A DNA stretch of 64,000 nucleotides from a virus (IMGVR_UViG_3300000976_000008:335223-399222); one strand, 5' to 3'; counted from the first letter of the stretch, positions 38,875-48,951 are shown. Numbers and translations are program-made. Notes: generated by a model not told the origin, from the sequence alone.

Positions 38875-40794
38875 ATGCCTTCAATACTTGACAAGCTAAA
38901 CAAAAAATTATCTCCTCTAACAGAATCAGAGGATATGGGATCATGGAAAGATCCCCACTCAGGTGCATACGACCGGCAAAGAGCCGAAGATGCATTATAT
39001 CATACAATTGGCCCATTAACCGACTCACCTACATGGGATACCAAAGATTGGTCGAGTAAAAGCGAACCAGTCGATGGATTCAGACCTGGAGCACCAGCTC
39101 CACAATGGACTCCTGAAGAATTAGTGTTCGCCTTCGCTGGCGATCCAAGTTTGTTATTCAAAGCAAGTGGTAATCCAAAAAGCCCCGGCTACGGTGATAT
39201 GGGCGGTGCCCCTCTCTATCGTCTAGCTAGAAGAGTCGCAAACACATATGGTCGCGGCACAGATAAGTCATTCGTAGCAGATCTCTATAGCAATGGTTTC
39301 ATCCCACTAACTCAGATGATGCAACCTGGCTACGATGAAAAACGTGGACCATTCATTTCGTACATCATGAGAACAGTTCAAAGTGCTATGGAACACGGAA
39401 CTGGTGGTAGTACAACAGGTGATATGGCACAAGGCCACCAAAGTCAATTCTTCACAGATCCAGACGGTAACATGAGGAAAAGAAAGCCTGGAGATGCTGG
39501 AGAAGAAGGATGGACTGAACATTCTGCAATTGGAATCAAAGGTCTCCTCAAATTAACAGATCCACAGGCTGTAAGGCAGGCAGCACAAGTCGTCCAAGGA
39601 AAATATCAAACCGAAAAGCACCACGATAAGCACCCAGGTAATCCATTTGGCGGCTTCTCTCCTCAATATTTCGGTCTCGCTAACCAATATGCTGATGCTC
39701 TTGAAGCTGGAAATCCAGAAGCCGTCGAAGCATCTCAAAATCAACTTCGACAGCTTCTAACAGATGTTGAAGATATGAATGCAAGCATTGGCGGAGCTTC
39801 AACAGGTCTCGGTCAAGCAGTTTCTACACCAAACAGAGGAAAATGTGCACTCTGCAAAGGTCAAGGAGCCATCAAAGATCCACGAGATCCAGAAGGTGGT
39901 CTCATAAAATGTGAAAAATGTGGTGGAGATGGTGTCGATGGTGTCGGTGTTCAAAGCATGGATGTTCCAGCCGATGATGGAAAAACAATGGCCGGAAACG
40001 TCCTCGGGGGAGATGACGGTGAAGATGGCACAGTTGATCCAGAGTCAATCGAGTACATCTTAGACCTAGCAATCAACCACGACCTTAGCAAGATCCTCGC
40101 AACCAGCGAAAAGTATAACGAACTTGCTACAATGTCTGGTGCGAAAGTTGATAAGAAGACTGGAAGAGCCAAACTTGGTGGCCCGATGACCGCTAACGAA
40201 ATGAGATATCTCATTCGTTCGCTCGGACCACTTGGTAGCAACTATCCCGGCAGAGGACGAGCCAGAGCAAACACCAAGATTCCTAGAGATGGTAAGAAAT
40301 GGTGGCAACCTGGTGAAGACCCAGAAATTGAACCACTAGCAGAAGGTGGAATGTGGCACTCTCTTTGGAGCAGAAACAACTACCCAACAATGGGTCCAAC
40401 TGAAATAGCGGCTGAGATGACCAAAGAGGTCTTAGAATTCGAAAAAGTTGGAGTTGCTTCAGCAAGAGCAGCAAAAGTAGCTCAAAGCGGAACAGCCGTC
40501 TCAAAAGTGGCTATCTCGAACACTACAAAAGCTGGTCGAATTAAACTCATGATTATCGCAGATATTCATAGAGACCAGATTGGTGTAAGGGCAGAAGGGA
40601 AAAAATCATACCAAATTCCTCTGATGGAAGACTTGGACCCGATCGATTGTCATATGATTGCCACAGTCTGCGAATCGATGATTAGAAGAATTGACAGATC
40701 ATTGCACAGCAACAAAATAGTTGCGTCATGGAAGCCAAGGACTGGCGGAAATGTAACTAAGCTAATGACAGTGAATTCTTTGGAAATCAAATGA
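38875..40794 (+). CDS. Highly divergent sigma-70-like factor with large insertions and a DnaJ-type Zn finger (639 aa)
   Basis: Region-2-like LYRLARRVANTYGRG...ADLYSNGFIPL......GYDEKRGPFISYIMRTVQSAM; CALCKGQG/CEKCGGDG; 3.2-like SMDVPADDGKTMA; 4.1-like MTANEMRYLIRSLG; 4.2-like MGPTEIAAEM...VSKVAISNTTKAGRIKL, all in canonical order. Confidence 0.65.
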   Translation: MPSILDKLNKKLSPLTESEDMGSWKDPHSGAYDRQRAEDALYHTIGPLTDSPTWDTKDWSSKSEPVDGFRPGAPAPQWTPEELVFAFAGDPSLLFKASGNPKSPGYGDMGGAPLYRLARRVANTYGRGTDKSFVADLYSNGFIPLTQMMQPGYDEKRGPFISYIMRTVQSAMEHGTGGSTTGDMAQGHQSQFFTDPDGNMRKRKPGDAGEEGWTEHSAIGIKGLLKLTDPQAVRQAAQVVQGKYQTEKHHDKHPGNPFGGFSPQYFGLANQYADALEAGNPEAVEASQNQLRQLLTDVEDMNASIGGASTGLGQAVSTPNRGKCALCKGQGAIKDPRDPEGGLIKCEKCGGDGVDGVGVQSMDVPADDGKTMAGNVLGGDDGEDGTVDPESIEYILDLAINHDLSKILATSEKYNELATMSGAKVDKKTGRAKLGGPMTANEMRYLIRSLGPLGSNYPGRGRARANTKIPRDGKKWWQPGEDPEIEPLAEGGMWHSLWSRNNYPTMGPTEIAAEMTKEVLEFEKVGVASARAAKVAQSGTAVSKVAISNTTKAGRIKLMIIADIHRDQIGVRAEGKKSYQIPLMEDLDPIDCHMIATVCESMIRRIDRSLHSNKIVASWKPRTGGNVTKLMTVNSLEIK

Positions 40795-41708
40795 AATTAG
40801 CTGATGCTACAAATCTCTCGCTCTATGAAGCAAGCATCGCCTGCGATTCTATTGTAATACTCGAAGATGGCGAAGGCCCAAGATGGAAATTCGCATACGA
40901 CAACTGGCATCACGATCCTAATCCAGATATCCTTCTATTAGGCTCTTGGCGACATCCGAGTACCCAGAACAATCTCGTAGGCGGAATCAATCTACATTAT
41001 CTCAATGATAAGCAGCGAGATAGTTTAGCTAGAATACTACCGAAGATCATGGGAGGTGGGAATCTCAAAGATCGATATTGGATCGGTAGAGAAGCACTCC
41101 CAGATGTCTTCAATAACTTCTACAGAACATATAACGCCAATTTCATACGTGGTGTCAGAAAAGACGTTATGTTCCCGAAATTTGGATTCATGAAGACTGC
41201 CCAAAACTGGATTAAGAAAAAGTTAGGAGGCATCTTAAAAAGCAAAGAACAAAGAGCTAAAGAAGCTGAACCTAAATATCCAGAAGATCTTGGTAGGATG
41301 CAAGATAAACTAGACCAAGTAGTTCTTCAGTTGCAGGCAAAAGACGCAACCGATGCCGAGCCAGAAATTGAAGATACACCAGAAATGCAAGCCGCGAGAT
41401 CCGCATTCCAAGATTATCAACGTGAAAAAACAATGGCTGGAATCCAACAAAAGGAAAACCAACCATTACAAGCTGCACAACAGGATATTAAACAACAAGA
41501 TGTTGTAGACCAATTACAACAGCAACAACAACAGCAAAACGAAGTCGATTTAGCCGCTGAAAGAAGGCAAAATCAAGAAGAATTGTTAAATCCTAACAAC
41601 GAAATAGATCTGAGCAGCGACGAAATTGACCTTTCAGAGGCAATAAGATACTACTCGCCAACTCTTGGTAGATATGTCATCGAAGAAGACAATACAGTCT
41701 TAAGCTAA
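40791..41708 (+). CDS. T4 gp2-like DNA end protector protein with Q-rich C-terminal extension
   Basis: FAY...HDPNPDILLL......GGINLHYL...R......YRTY pattern of gp2-family proteins. Confidence 0.7.
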   Translation: MKLADATNLSLYEASIACDSIVILEDGEGPRWKFAYDNWHHDPNPDILLLGSWRHPSTQNNLVGGINLHYLNDKQRDSLARILPKIMGGGNLKDRYWIGREALPDVFNNFYRTYNANFIRGVRKDVMFPKFGFMKTAQNWIKKKLGGILKSKEQRAKEAEPKYPEDLGRMQDKLDQVVLQLQAKDATDAEPEIEDTPEMQAARSAFQDYQREKTMAGIQQKENQPLQAAQQDIKQQDVVDQLQQQQQQQNEVDLAAERRQNQEELLNPNNEIDLSSDEIDLSEAIRYYSPTLGRYVIEEDNTVLS

Positions 41709-41718
41709 TTGCTCCTAA

Positions 41719-43377
41719 ATGAGCGAGTATCATAGAGAAATAGAAGAATATAGGATCAAATTCGCAGCAGTCGATAGAAAAGATCCTAAATCTCTGCGAA
41801 GATTCTTTGACAGATACCCACATCTGCGAACAACAGATATGGCTCTAATTGTCGAAAGAGACACAAACTATGTCCGAAGTCTGAGAATACTCGCAGGACT
41901 TGGAAAGCCACCAGTAAAGCATAGGCCGACCAATCCCAATAGAAAAATCATAAACATAAAAGTCCCCGAAAATTGGGATAATGAAAAATGGTTAAGGAGA
42001 GCAGCCGCTCTCTATTCAACTTTAGCCATATCAAAGGCCATAGGAGTAAGCAGAAGGACTATTCTGCGGCGATTCGAAAAATACGGAATCAAAGCCCAGA
42101 GTTATGAAGAGTCCATGAGACCAAACAACCCATGCTGCAACAAAGCTTGGGTCCACAAGCATTACGTAGAAGACAGATTATCTCAAACTGAATGTGCCAG
42201 ACTAGCCGGAATCACCAGAGCAGGATTTACAAAATGGCTAGTAAGATTCAAAATAGCTGTTAGAACTCCAAAAGAAACGTACGCAAAAAGAAAAACTGTA
42301 ACAATATGGCCCAGAGAGTTACTGCACAAATTAAACGATCAACCAATAGTTAGAAAATGCTACGTCAGAGATGACCATATACATGTAAGATTCATGAATT
42401 ACTTTTGGGAAACTTACTACCTCAATAAACCAGCCACAAATAAAGCAAACGCTAGAATTCCAAGATCATACGGAATCACCAGAAAAGAAGCAAAACTGGA
42501 AAGTGTCCCACCAGTAATACAACAATATGAATCTGATTTCGATAGATCTTACCCAGCCCACATAGTAATCCCAAGAGATAAATGGGATGCAGCGAGTTTC
42601 ATAGAACAAAGACTAGCAGTACATGAATTCGCCAGACAAATGACTCAAAGAGGTTGGATAGACCCAAATTATCCTCAGCACATCATAGATGCTGAATGGG
42701 ACAAGCTCAAAAACATCAATTCAGCAAGATATCTCAGAAAGAGTACATTTACCGCATTTCCGTGTATAGGAACTCAAGCACCACCAGGAAGAAGATTAGT
42801 TGAAAATTACTTCGATTTCAATGAATTATGGGATGTGATCAGAAGTCCAAGATGGACTATGAACACTCTAAATAGTCTAACCAGCAAGAAGCTTCAAATT
42901 GACACACACAATTTCTACCGAACAATGATGGCAGAAATACGAAAACCAATGCCCAGAATGGTGGATCCAGGTCTCTATATAGTATTATTCAAGAGGTTAG
43001 GAATAACTGGTAAAATATTAGATCTAACTCCTAACCATGGAAGCAGAGCAGTCGCAAGTGCCATCAATGGCATCACATATTGCACTCTGCCAAATGAAAA
43101 GGTACAAAAAGCGATCAACAAAGGATTATGCGAGCAAACAGGTCTAAATTACGAAGAGTACGATGATGGTAAAGTAGACCTCGTCATGATAGATAATGAC
43201 CTCAGAGAATGCGATATTGAATTAGCAATGGAATATGCTTCGAAAGCCAAACGAATCATGGCCTTCGTACCCCGAAACAAAAAGTCAATAATCGCATCGA
43301 AGTACAAACCAAGCTCGATTATCCAAATCAAAGCCCGATTCTTCAGAAAAACTCCAGATTTCCTCTTCATCTGGTGA
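41719..43377 (+). CDS. Multi-HTH DNA-binding protein fused to a degenerate DNA methyltransferase-like domain
   Basis: HTH modules (STLAISKAIGVSRRTILRRFEKYGI; SQTECARLAGITRAGFTKWLVRFKI); C-terminal KILDLTPNHGSRAVAS and VDLVMIDND sit where motif I and motif IV would be. Confidence 0.6.
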   Translation: MSEYHREIEEYRIKFAAVDRKDPKSLRRFFDRYPHLRTTDMALIVERDTNYVRSLRILAGLGKPPVKHRPTNPNRKIINIKVPENWDNEKWLRRAAALYSTLAISKAIGVSRRTILRRFEKYGIKAQSYEESMRPNNPCCNKAWVHKHYVEDRLSQTECARLAGITRAGFTKWLVRFKIAVRTPKETYAKRKTVTIWPRELLHKLNDQPIVRKCYVRDDHIHVRFMNYFWETYYLNKPATNKANARIPRSYGITRKEAKLESVPPVIQQYESDFDRSYPAHIVIPRDKWDAASFIEQRLAVHEFARQMTQRGWIDPNYPQHIIDAEWDKLKNINSARYLRKSTFTAFPCIGTQAPPGRRLVENYFDFNELWDVIRSPRWTMNTLNSLTSKKLQIDTHNFYRTMMAEIRKPMPRMVDPGLYIVLFKRLGITGKILDLTPNHGSRAVASAINGITYCTLPNEKVQKAINKGLCEQTGLNYEEYDDGKVDLVMIDNDLRECDIELAMEYASKAKRIMAFVPRNKKSIIASKYKPSSIIQIKARFFRKTPDFLFIW

Positions 43378-43433
43378 CAGAATAAAATATAAGGCGTTGA
43401 GAGTAGAAATCACCTATACGAATATAGTCGCAC

Positions 43434-43441
43434 CAAAAATA
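43434..43441 (+). promoter_or_regulatory. CAAANNTA motif (CAAAAATA), candidate late promoter
   Basis: 35 nt upstream of ATG 43477. Confidence 0.55.
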
Positions 43442-43476
43442 CCGTAAATATTGCGACCATCTGGAGCAGCAGTAAA

Positions 43477-45930
43477 ATGGCATTAGACCAAATCCCTCCC
43501 CACTCATCACTCACTGATGGGCAATTTGTGCAGGTATCTGGCCCTGACGGAATCACAACAGGGTACCATTATGACCAGCAACAAAGGGCTTTGTACTTCA
43601 AAGAGTCGCAAGTCTTATTCCCAAGTTTCCACGGTCAAAGCCACATAGCTGAAGACCCAATTCCGAACGCCACTTGCGACACTCCAGGTTTATTGTCAGA
43701 TGACGATAAATGCAAACTGGACGCAATGCTTCAAACAAGACTAGGAGTCCTCGGGTTCCAAGGAGCAGGATTCCCAGATGATGGCGGTTGGATGCAAGGA
43801 GATATTATCCTTGCAGCCGGTACAGAATTCATCAGTCTAGAAAGAATCGGAAACGTAATCCGATTCACTGTGGATAGCCCAATTCCTCTGAATTGTGCAT
43901 GTGAAGAATGCCAACAAATATTCTGGGTCCAAGACGAAACAGACACAGCAGCTATCAGACCACCAACATGCGGTGGTAAATTACCAGGAGTTAATTCTTA
44001 CGGAGAGATGAAGATTTATCTCTTCCCAGAATCGACTATTGCAGATCCTAGCAATACTGCGGCAACACTGAATAATAAGGGTACACATCCAGCCTTTATC
44101 TTCAAACGATTTGACGATACAATCGTGCCTGGTGCTGCAGAACACGAAATGGTTTTGGTTCGCGATCCGAATAATACTCTACAGACACAAGTGGGATGGG
44201 CATTCACACCTGGTGCTGCTGGTGTTGCTGAGATGGTTTGGTTCATGGGTAAAGATGACGAAGGCGGACAGCTTCGTTTCGATCTTGAACCAGAAAGTAC
44301 CCCAGGATTGCTTGGATCACTCTTGTTCAATGGTCACTTGTTGACTAAGAAAATGGGTGTAGTAGTTGATTACACATCAACTATTCTAAGCACTAACCAA
44401 TATACAGTCAGAGAATGGAATGTCGATTCAGCAACAGCTATCGGTGATCCTTTCACTGCAACAAACGCCTGGATGTATCAAAATCCAGAAAATCCAAGAT
44501 CAGGTACTAATCCACAAACTCTCGTTTCTGATTCAACGGTTGATCTCCTTCCAATAGGTAGTCTCGTAAACCTATGGGCATTCAAGGTCGGTGAAGTCTC
44601 AGGTGAATCAATCCTGAGATACTATTTCAGAGAGAAGCCTAGATTCAATCCTAACCATGCTTGGACTTGGCTTGGTAAGACGCAATTCGGAGATGTTGTC
44701 ACAGCCCGTGCAGAACTAATGCCTAGTGCTGGAGATGACGATAAATCATCTGCTGAATTGGTTTCAGCCGCAAGAGGATTTGAAACCAGTATGTGGGGTC
44801 TGACAGGATTAGATGACCCTCTTCTAAGCTTCGATATGGCGGTTGCATCTGGCACTGAAAATTCTGAAGTTAACATTCAACACAGAGCAGCCATTGATAC
44901 CAATCTTCCAGGATTGACGGTAGTGGCTAGTGACATAGTCCCAGATGACTTTAGCGAACGTCCAGTCTTACTTTGGAACAGACATAATGTTTGCAATGCT
45001 ATCGTGAGGGCAGATGTTGGTCGACCAACCAGTTCAGAATTTGTCCCATACGACATAATTCTAAGAGGCGAGATTGATCAACACACAACAAAGTACATGC
45101 AAGTTGTTGGTAAGGGAGAATTTAACGGCTTGAATTATGTTCAAGTCACTGGCGTCCACTTCCATGATCTTCCTCAATTTGGAGCAGTTAGAGTTCTGGC
45201 TCCTTCAAATAACCACAATAGCGTCTTCAATTACAGTAGAAAGCTAGTTTTCCCAACTTCCACTGGAACTAATCCAACCAGCCCAAGTGCTATCGACTTG
45301 GATACAGTCGTCCTTGCTGGCGGAGATGCTTACCCTGGTGATATTGGTGACATAGTTGAGCTTCTTCACCAAGAATATTCGTCTCCAGTGGTTCGCGTCG
45401 AATTCTCAACAGCGGCTACTGGATTGGTCGAAGTGCAATTCAAGGTAGGCACACTTGATATGAGCCTTCCTTATGAAGAGGATGTTCTGGCTGATGACGC
45501 AGATGATTATGTTCGTGGTTTAGCACCTGGCTACTCTGTAAGTGCAATCTACTCACAATCAGGAACATTTACCGGAATTGGCACTCAACCAAGTGCATCT
45601 CCAGACGGCTTTATTTGCTATGATGGAGGAGCTGTTGTTGGTGCAACTGAGCCTGAATTCTGGAATCGCTTAGAGGTAATGATTAGGGATAATCAAGTTT
45701 GGATTTGGTGGAATGAGTTGTTGATACCACCAAATTCTACTTTGAGTGCTAATCTTGCCACACCGGTTGAAGTAGAGACTCCTTACTTCTCAATCGCAAC
45801 CGACGCGACACGTGACAGTGGTAAAATGGGGATGAGACTCTGGCCTGGTGCTAAGGTTCGAAGATTCGATGTTCGAACTCAATTGACTCTCTTCAACGAG
45901 TTCACATACGGTCAACTTGAAGTAGTATAA
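43477..45930 (+). CDS. Virion structural protein (817 aa)
   Basis: N-terminal P...DGQ and IPNAT.DTPGLLS.DDK.KLD fibre-type motifs shared with the 56383 and 59793 ORFs; beta-rich. Confidence 0.75.
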   Translation: MALDQIPPHSSLTDGQFVQVSGPDGITTGYHYDQQQRALYFKESQVLFPSFHGQSHIAEDPIPNATCDTPGLLSDDDKCKLDAMLQTRLGVLGFQGAGFPDDGGWMQGDIILAAGTEFISLERIGNVIRFTVDSPIPLNCACEECQQIFWVQDETDTAAIRPPTCGGKLPGVNSYGEMKIYLFPESTIADPSNTAATLNNKGTHPAFIFKRFDDTIVPGAAEHEMVLVRDPNNTLQTQVGWAFTPGAAGVAEMVWFMGKDDEGGQLRFDLEPESTPGLLGSLLFNGHLLTKKMGVVVDYTSTILSTNQYTVREWNVDSATAIGDPFTATNAWMYQNPENPRSGTNPQTLVSDSTVDLLPIGSLVNLWAFKVGEVSGESILRYYFREKPRFNPNHAWTWLGKTQFGDVVTARAELMPSAGDDDKSSAELVSAARGFETSMWGLTGLDDPLLSFDMAVASGTENSEVNIQHRAAIDTNLPGLTVVASDIVPDDFSERPVLLWNRHNVCNAIVRADVGRPTSSEFVPYDIILRGEIDQHTTKYMQVVGKGEFNGLNYVQVTGVHFHDLPQFGAVRVLAPSNNHNSVFNYSRKLVFPTSTGTNPTSPSAIDLDTVVLAGGDAYPGDIGDIVELLHQEYSSPVVRVEFSTAATGLVEVQFKVGTLDMSLPYEEDVLADDADDYVRGLAPGYSVSAIYSQSGTFTGIGTQPSASPDGFICYDGGAVVGATEPEFWNRLEVMIRDNQVWIWWNELLIPPNSTLSANLATPVEVETPYFSIATDATRDSGKMGMRLWPGAKVRRFDVRTQLTLFNEFTYGQLEVV

Positions 45931-46262
45931 TGAAACCGCCGACGTTTGCACCAACTTACGTTGCATTATATCCCATACTTTCTGAGATAGCTCAATCATT
46001 TGGGTACGCTCTAGCTATCCATGGCAGTGTTTCTAGAGATTTCGATTTGGTCGCAATACCTTGGATCGAAGATGCTGGAGATCCTGAACAATTAATTCGA
46101 GACATAGCCGCAGCTATGTCTTATACGATGGACACCACAATAACGATAGATAGGTTGTTCAAAGCACCATATACTGAGGAGAAACCCCATGGTAGGAGAT
46201 CATGGGCAATCCCTCTTGAAGGTGGTGCTGTTTTAGATATTTCTATAATGCCTAGAATATGA
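45930..46262 (+). CDS. Small nucleotidyltransferase-fold-like phage protein
   Basis: GYALAIHGSVSRDFDLVAIPW (hGS...DxD) plus a downstream LDI. Confidence 0.55.
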   Translation: MKPPTFAPTYVALYPILSEIAQSFGYALAIHGSVSRDFDLVAIPWIEDAGDPEQLIRDIAAAMSYTMDTTITIDRLFKAPYTEEKPHGRRSWAIPLEGGAVLDISIMPRI

Positions 46263-46663
46263 TATTAGCTTCATTTGTATTTGAAAATAACGACGACATC
46301 AAGAGTGGAAAATTCATTCTCCACCAAGAATCAAAAGATGATGTCCACGTCAAAATCGATAGAAAGCTCAGAAGAGAGCCTCTATTAGGAATGAAGCAAC
46401 CCACGCCTCCTGGGGCAATGCTCGGATGGGAAGCAAGCCTTTCAGTAATGTATAAAGGCCAAATTGCTGATGGATATCCCTTCGAGCTTCACGAAAAATT
46501 TGGAGAAGCTCAAAAAGGGCTAACAGACGCAAATGGCGTCGCATCTCTTGATATCGAATTTCCCGAAATCAGGAGATCTGAATTCACTTTACACATTAAC
46601 GAAAAAGAAGTGATTGCAACAGATGGATGTGATAAAGAAAGCAATCAAACAGATAATCTTTGA
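46259..46663 (+). CDS. Hypothetical protein
   Basis: 134 aa, ATGA overlap. Confidence 0.65.
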   Translation: MILASFVFENNDDIKSGKFILHQESKDDVHVKIDRKLRREPLLGMKQPTPPGAMLGWEASLSVMYKGQIADGYPFELHEKFGEAQKGLTDANGVASLDIEFPEIRRSEFTLHINEKEVIATDGCDKESNQTDNL

Positions 46664-47015
46664 AAGATTGAAAAAGAAGTATCGCTGCTTCCTGAATCCA
46701 GACTACAAAGATTGCACCTATCTGGATTATTCAAACTCAATTGGAATCGAGCTAGGCGGAAACCATGGTTACTTGATGATCATGTTCCGTACTGAAGAAA
46801 GCAAAAGCGACGATTACGGGATCAGAATAATCTGGTCCGAAGGCAAAAGCACGATGGGTTATGAGACGCTTCTGCTAGTTCCGGAGTATGACATCGCAGA
46901 ACCAAATCTCGAAACTCTTCTCACAATGATAGAAGGCACTCTTGTAGAGTTCTACAAGAGACGATTACACTGGACAGCTTATCTCCATCTCCACCCATCT
47001 CCAACTAAAACTTAG
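46614..47015 (+). CDS. Hypothetical protein
   Basis: ~130-aa ORF in an operon; exact start uncertain. Confidence 0.6.
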   Translation: MQQMDVIKKAIKQIIFERLKKKYRCFLNPDYKDCTYLDYSNSIGIELGGNHGYLMIMFRTEESKSDDYGIRIIWSEGKSTMGYETLLLVPEYDIAEPNLETLLTMIEGTLVEFYKRRLHWTAYLHLHPSPTKT

Positions 47016-47481
47016 TAGAGATAACTGTCGCGAGATTGGATAATAATTGGGCTTTACCTTCCAATGGTTGCCCATCGGATGCTTTGATAACATCCCTCAG
47101 GAGGCTGTCGAAAAGGCCGTCCGGATTCGCTTTCCCTCGCTGCGTAGCTCCAGCATCTAGCCAGCCAGAAGGGGCTTGGAAACCCCAAAGAGAAGCTTTC
47201 GCAGCATCTCCCGCAAGCAATTCGGCAGCAGCTTCTTTCACTCTAATCTGTACGGCATTTCTAAGAGTGTTGAAAGCAGCACCAATGCCACTATCTCCAA
47301 TAGGCTGCTTCACGGAGTGTTTTTGACCACTCCCCTGCAACAATCCCATTGGTTCTAAGATATTTCTGAGTTTCGACAGAGTCGTTACTACAAGATTCTT
47401 AGATGCCTGATTTCGGGCTACATCATCAGCGTGTCCCATACCGAGACCACGCCTACCCTCTGCTATCATTCGAAGTTTCAT
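47005..47481 (-). CDS. Hypothetical protein (probable head-internal)
   Basis: Start MKLRMIAEG at 47481; CAAATATA motif at 47486-47493 immediately upstream. Confidence 0.7.
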   Translation of the reverse strand: MKLRMIAEGRRGLGMGHADDVARNQASKNLVVTTLSKLRNILEPMGLLQGSGQKHSVKQPIGDSGIGAAFNTLRNAVQIRVKEAAAELLAGDAAKASLWGFQAPSGWLDAGATQRGKANPDGLFDSLLRDVIKASDGQPLEGKAQLLSNLATVISTKF

Positions 47482-47552
47482 GAGGTATATTTGTCTCAAA
47501 AAACCTATGGTTGATGAAAATATAAAATTTTCAATTCTAAGTTGGAATCAAC

Positions 47553-48338
47553 ATGTCATATGTCTTGAAATTGTCATCATTAACGTCCTATACAAATGGT
47601 AATATCAAATCATGGTTAGCTATTGATGATTTGAAAGGAGACCCTTGTTTTGAAGATGCAAATGCATATAATGATAGTATTCCAGATTTCTCTGAATTAT
47701 TTACAGATATAAATTCTGGTATCAATATTCCCAACATTGCAGGATCTGGATTAGAAGTTAAAAGAGCTATTCCGGAGATTTCTTGTATCTATACAGTAGA
47801 TGAGAAGAGCTTTGAATTTTCTGCCTTAAGAGATAACGACAATTTCTTGATTTTAACAGGAAATGGGTCTTGGGAACATTTCGCACAATATTACGCTTCT
47901 GACGCAATTTCTTTTATCAACAAAATTTGGGCAGGTGCATCAACAGTCCCTGAAACTTTCAACATTTCAGGAATCATTCCAGGAGATTCAACAGATGTCT
48001 TCGATTGGAACACAAGTTCAACTAACGATATCGTTAGGTCTGCATTCAAAATAACAGAAGATTCTGCAATTTCTGTTCCATCAGCAGAAATAGAATTTAT
48101 TAACGGAGTCCCAAAAATAATATATGTCATAGGACCATTAGGTTTAGGGACAAATACTGGCGGTGCAGAAGTTGAAGTACTCAATACTGATGGAGTATTA
48201 TCTTATACTCTATTGAGCCAGAAATTTATTAATTCAGTCAACTATTTAGATCTATCTTGGAATGATTTAACTTCATCCAATACTAATGTTGGTTCTTTCA
48301 CCCAAGCGATGGGCGATTTTATTTTTATGCTTCCTTAG
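47553..48338 (+). CDS. Hypothetical protein (AT-rich gene)
   Basis: 261-aa ORF, S/N/I-rich. Confidence 0.7.
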   Translation: MSYVLKLSSLTSYTNGNIKSWLAIDDLKGDPCFEDANAYNDSIPDFSELFTDINSGINIPNIAGSGLEVKRAIPEISCIYTVDEKSFEFSALRDNDNFLILTGNGSWEHFAQYYASDAISFINKIWAGASTVPETFNISGIIPGDSTDVFDWNTSSTNDIVRSAFKITEDSAISVPSAEIEFINGVPKIIYVIGPLGLGTNTGGAEVEVLNTDGVLSYTLLSQKFINSVNYLDLSWNDLTSSNTNVGSFTQAMGDFIFMLP

Positions 48339-48783
48339 ATAATTTCCGTTTCATCAAACGGATTCTTCTCCTATTTCTCTTGGCTTTCTTCCTCACATGC
48401 GATAATAGATAGCCACCGATAGGTTGTTCCAGACACGTCAATCTATCAATCTTCCAAGTCTGGAAAGACATATCTGCAGGAGTATCAGCAAAGAATATGG
48501 GGTAGATCTTATGATCTCGAAAGAAACTACCCAGCGATAAACCGCCAAGATGGTGGGCCAATACTAATCTATCATTAGCCGCTACACATCCCATCAAGAC
48601 AGCACGATGATAGGAATCAGTATCAACGATCCAAGTCTTTCGTTCATAAATGCCAAGCACTCTGATAGAGTAATCGACAATAAACTTATCCTTGAACCTT
48701 GAAGCCCAAACTACTACAAATCTATCTTGTAGTGATTTTTGTTTAAGTTTAGGCTTAGGGACATCGGCGGGAATCGAACCCAT
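48325..48783 (-). CDS. Hypothetical protein with basic C-terminus
   Basis: 152-aa ORF. Confidence 0.6.
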   Translation of the reverse strand: MGSIPADVPKPKLKQKSLQDRFVVVWASRFKDKFIVDYSIRVLGIYERKTWIVDTDSYHRAVLMGCVAANDRLVLAHHLGGLSLGSFFRDHKIYPIFFADTPADMSFQTWKIDRLTCLEQPIGGYLLSHVRKKAKRNRRRIRLMKRKLSKEA

Positions 48784-48951
48784 ATCTCGCTTCCAAAACG
48801 CTCATCTAGAATTGCGACATTTTCGGCTTTTGATAGATTACACTTTACACTTCTCTTGCAGCTTGCATGGCCACAATCGTAGGAGGGAGTTTGCTATCTT
48901 CGATCTTGGTTAAAACCAAGCTGTGTGCCAACACAGTTCCAACATCCATAA

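Noticed and set aside
39844-39930. Calling ORF 38875-40794 a DnaJ chaperone
   Set aside because: Only two CxxCxGxG repeats and no J-domain HPD motif; the surrounding sequence fits sigma regions better
48755-48835. tRNA/tmRNA-like T-loop GGGTTCGATTCCC on the minus strand
   Set aside because: No matching acceptor stem, D arm or anticodon arm and no CCA; it coincides with the start of ORF 48325-48783 (MGSIP)
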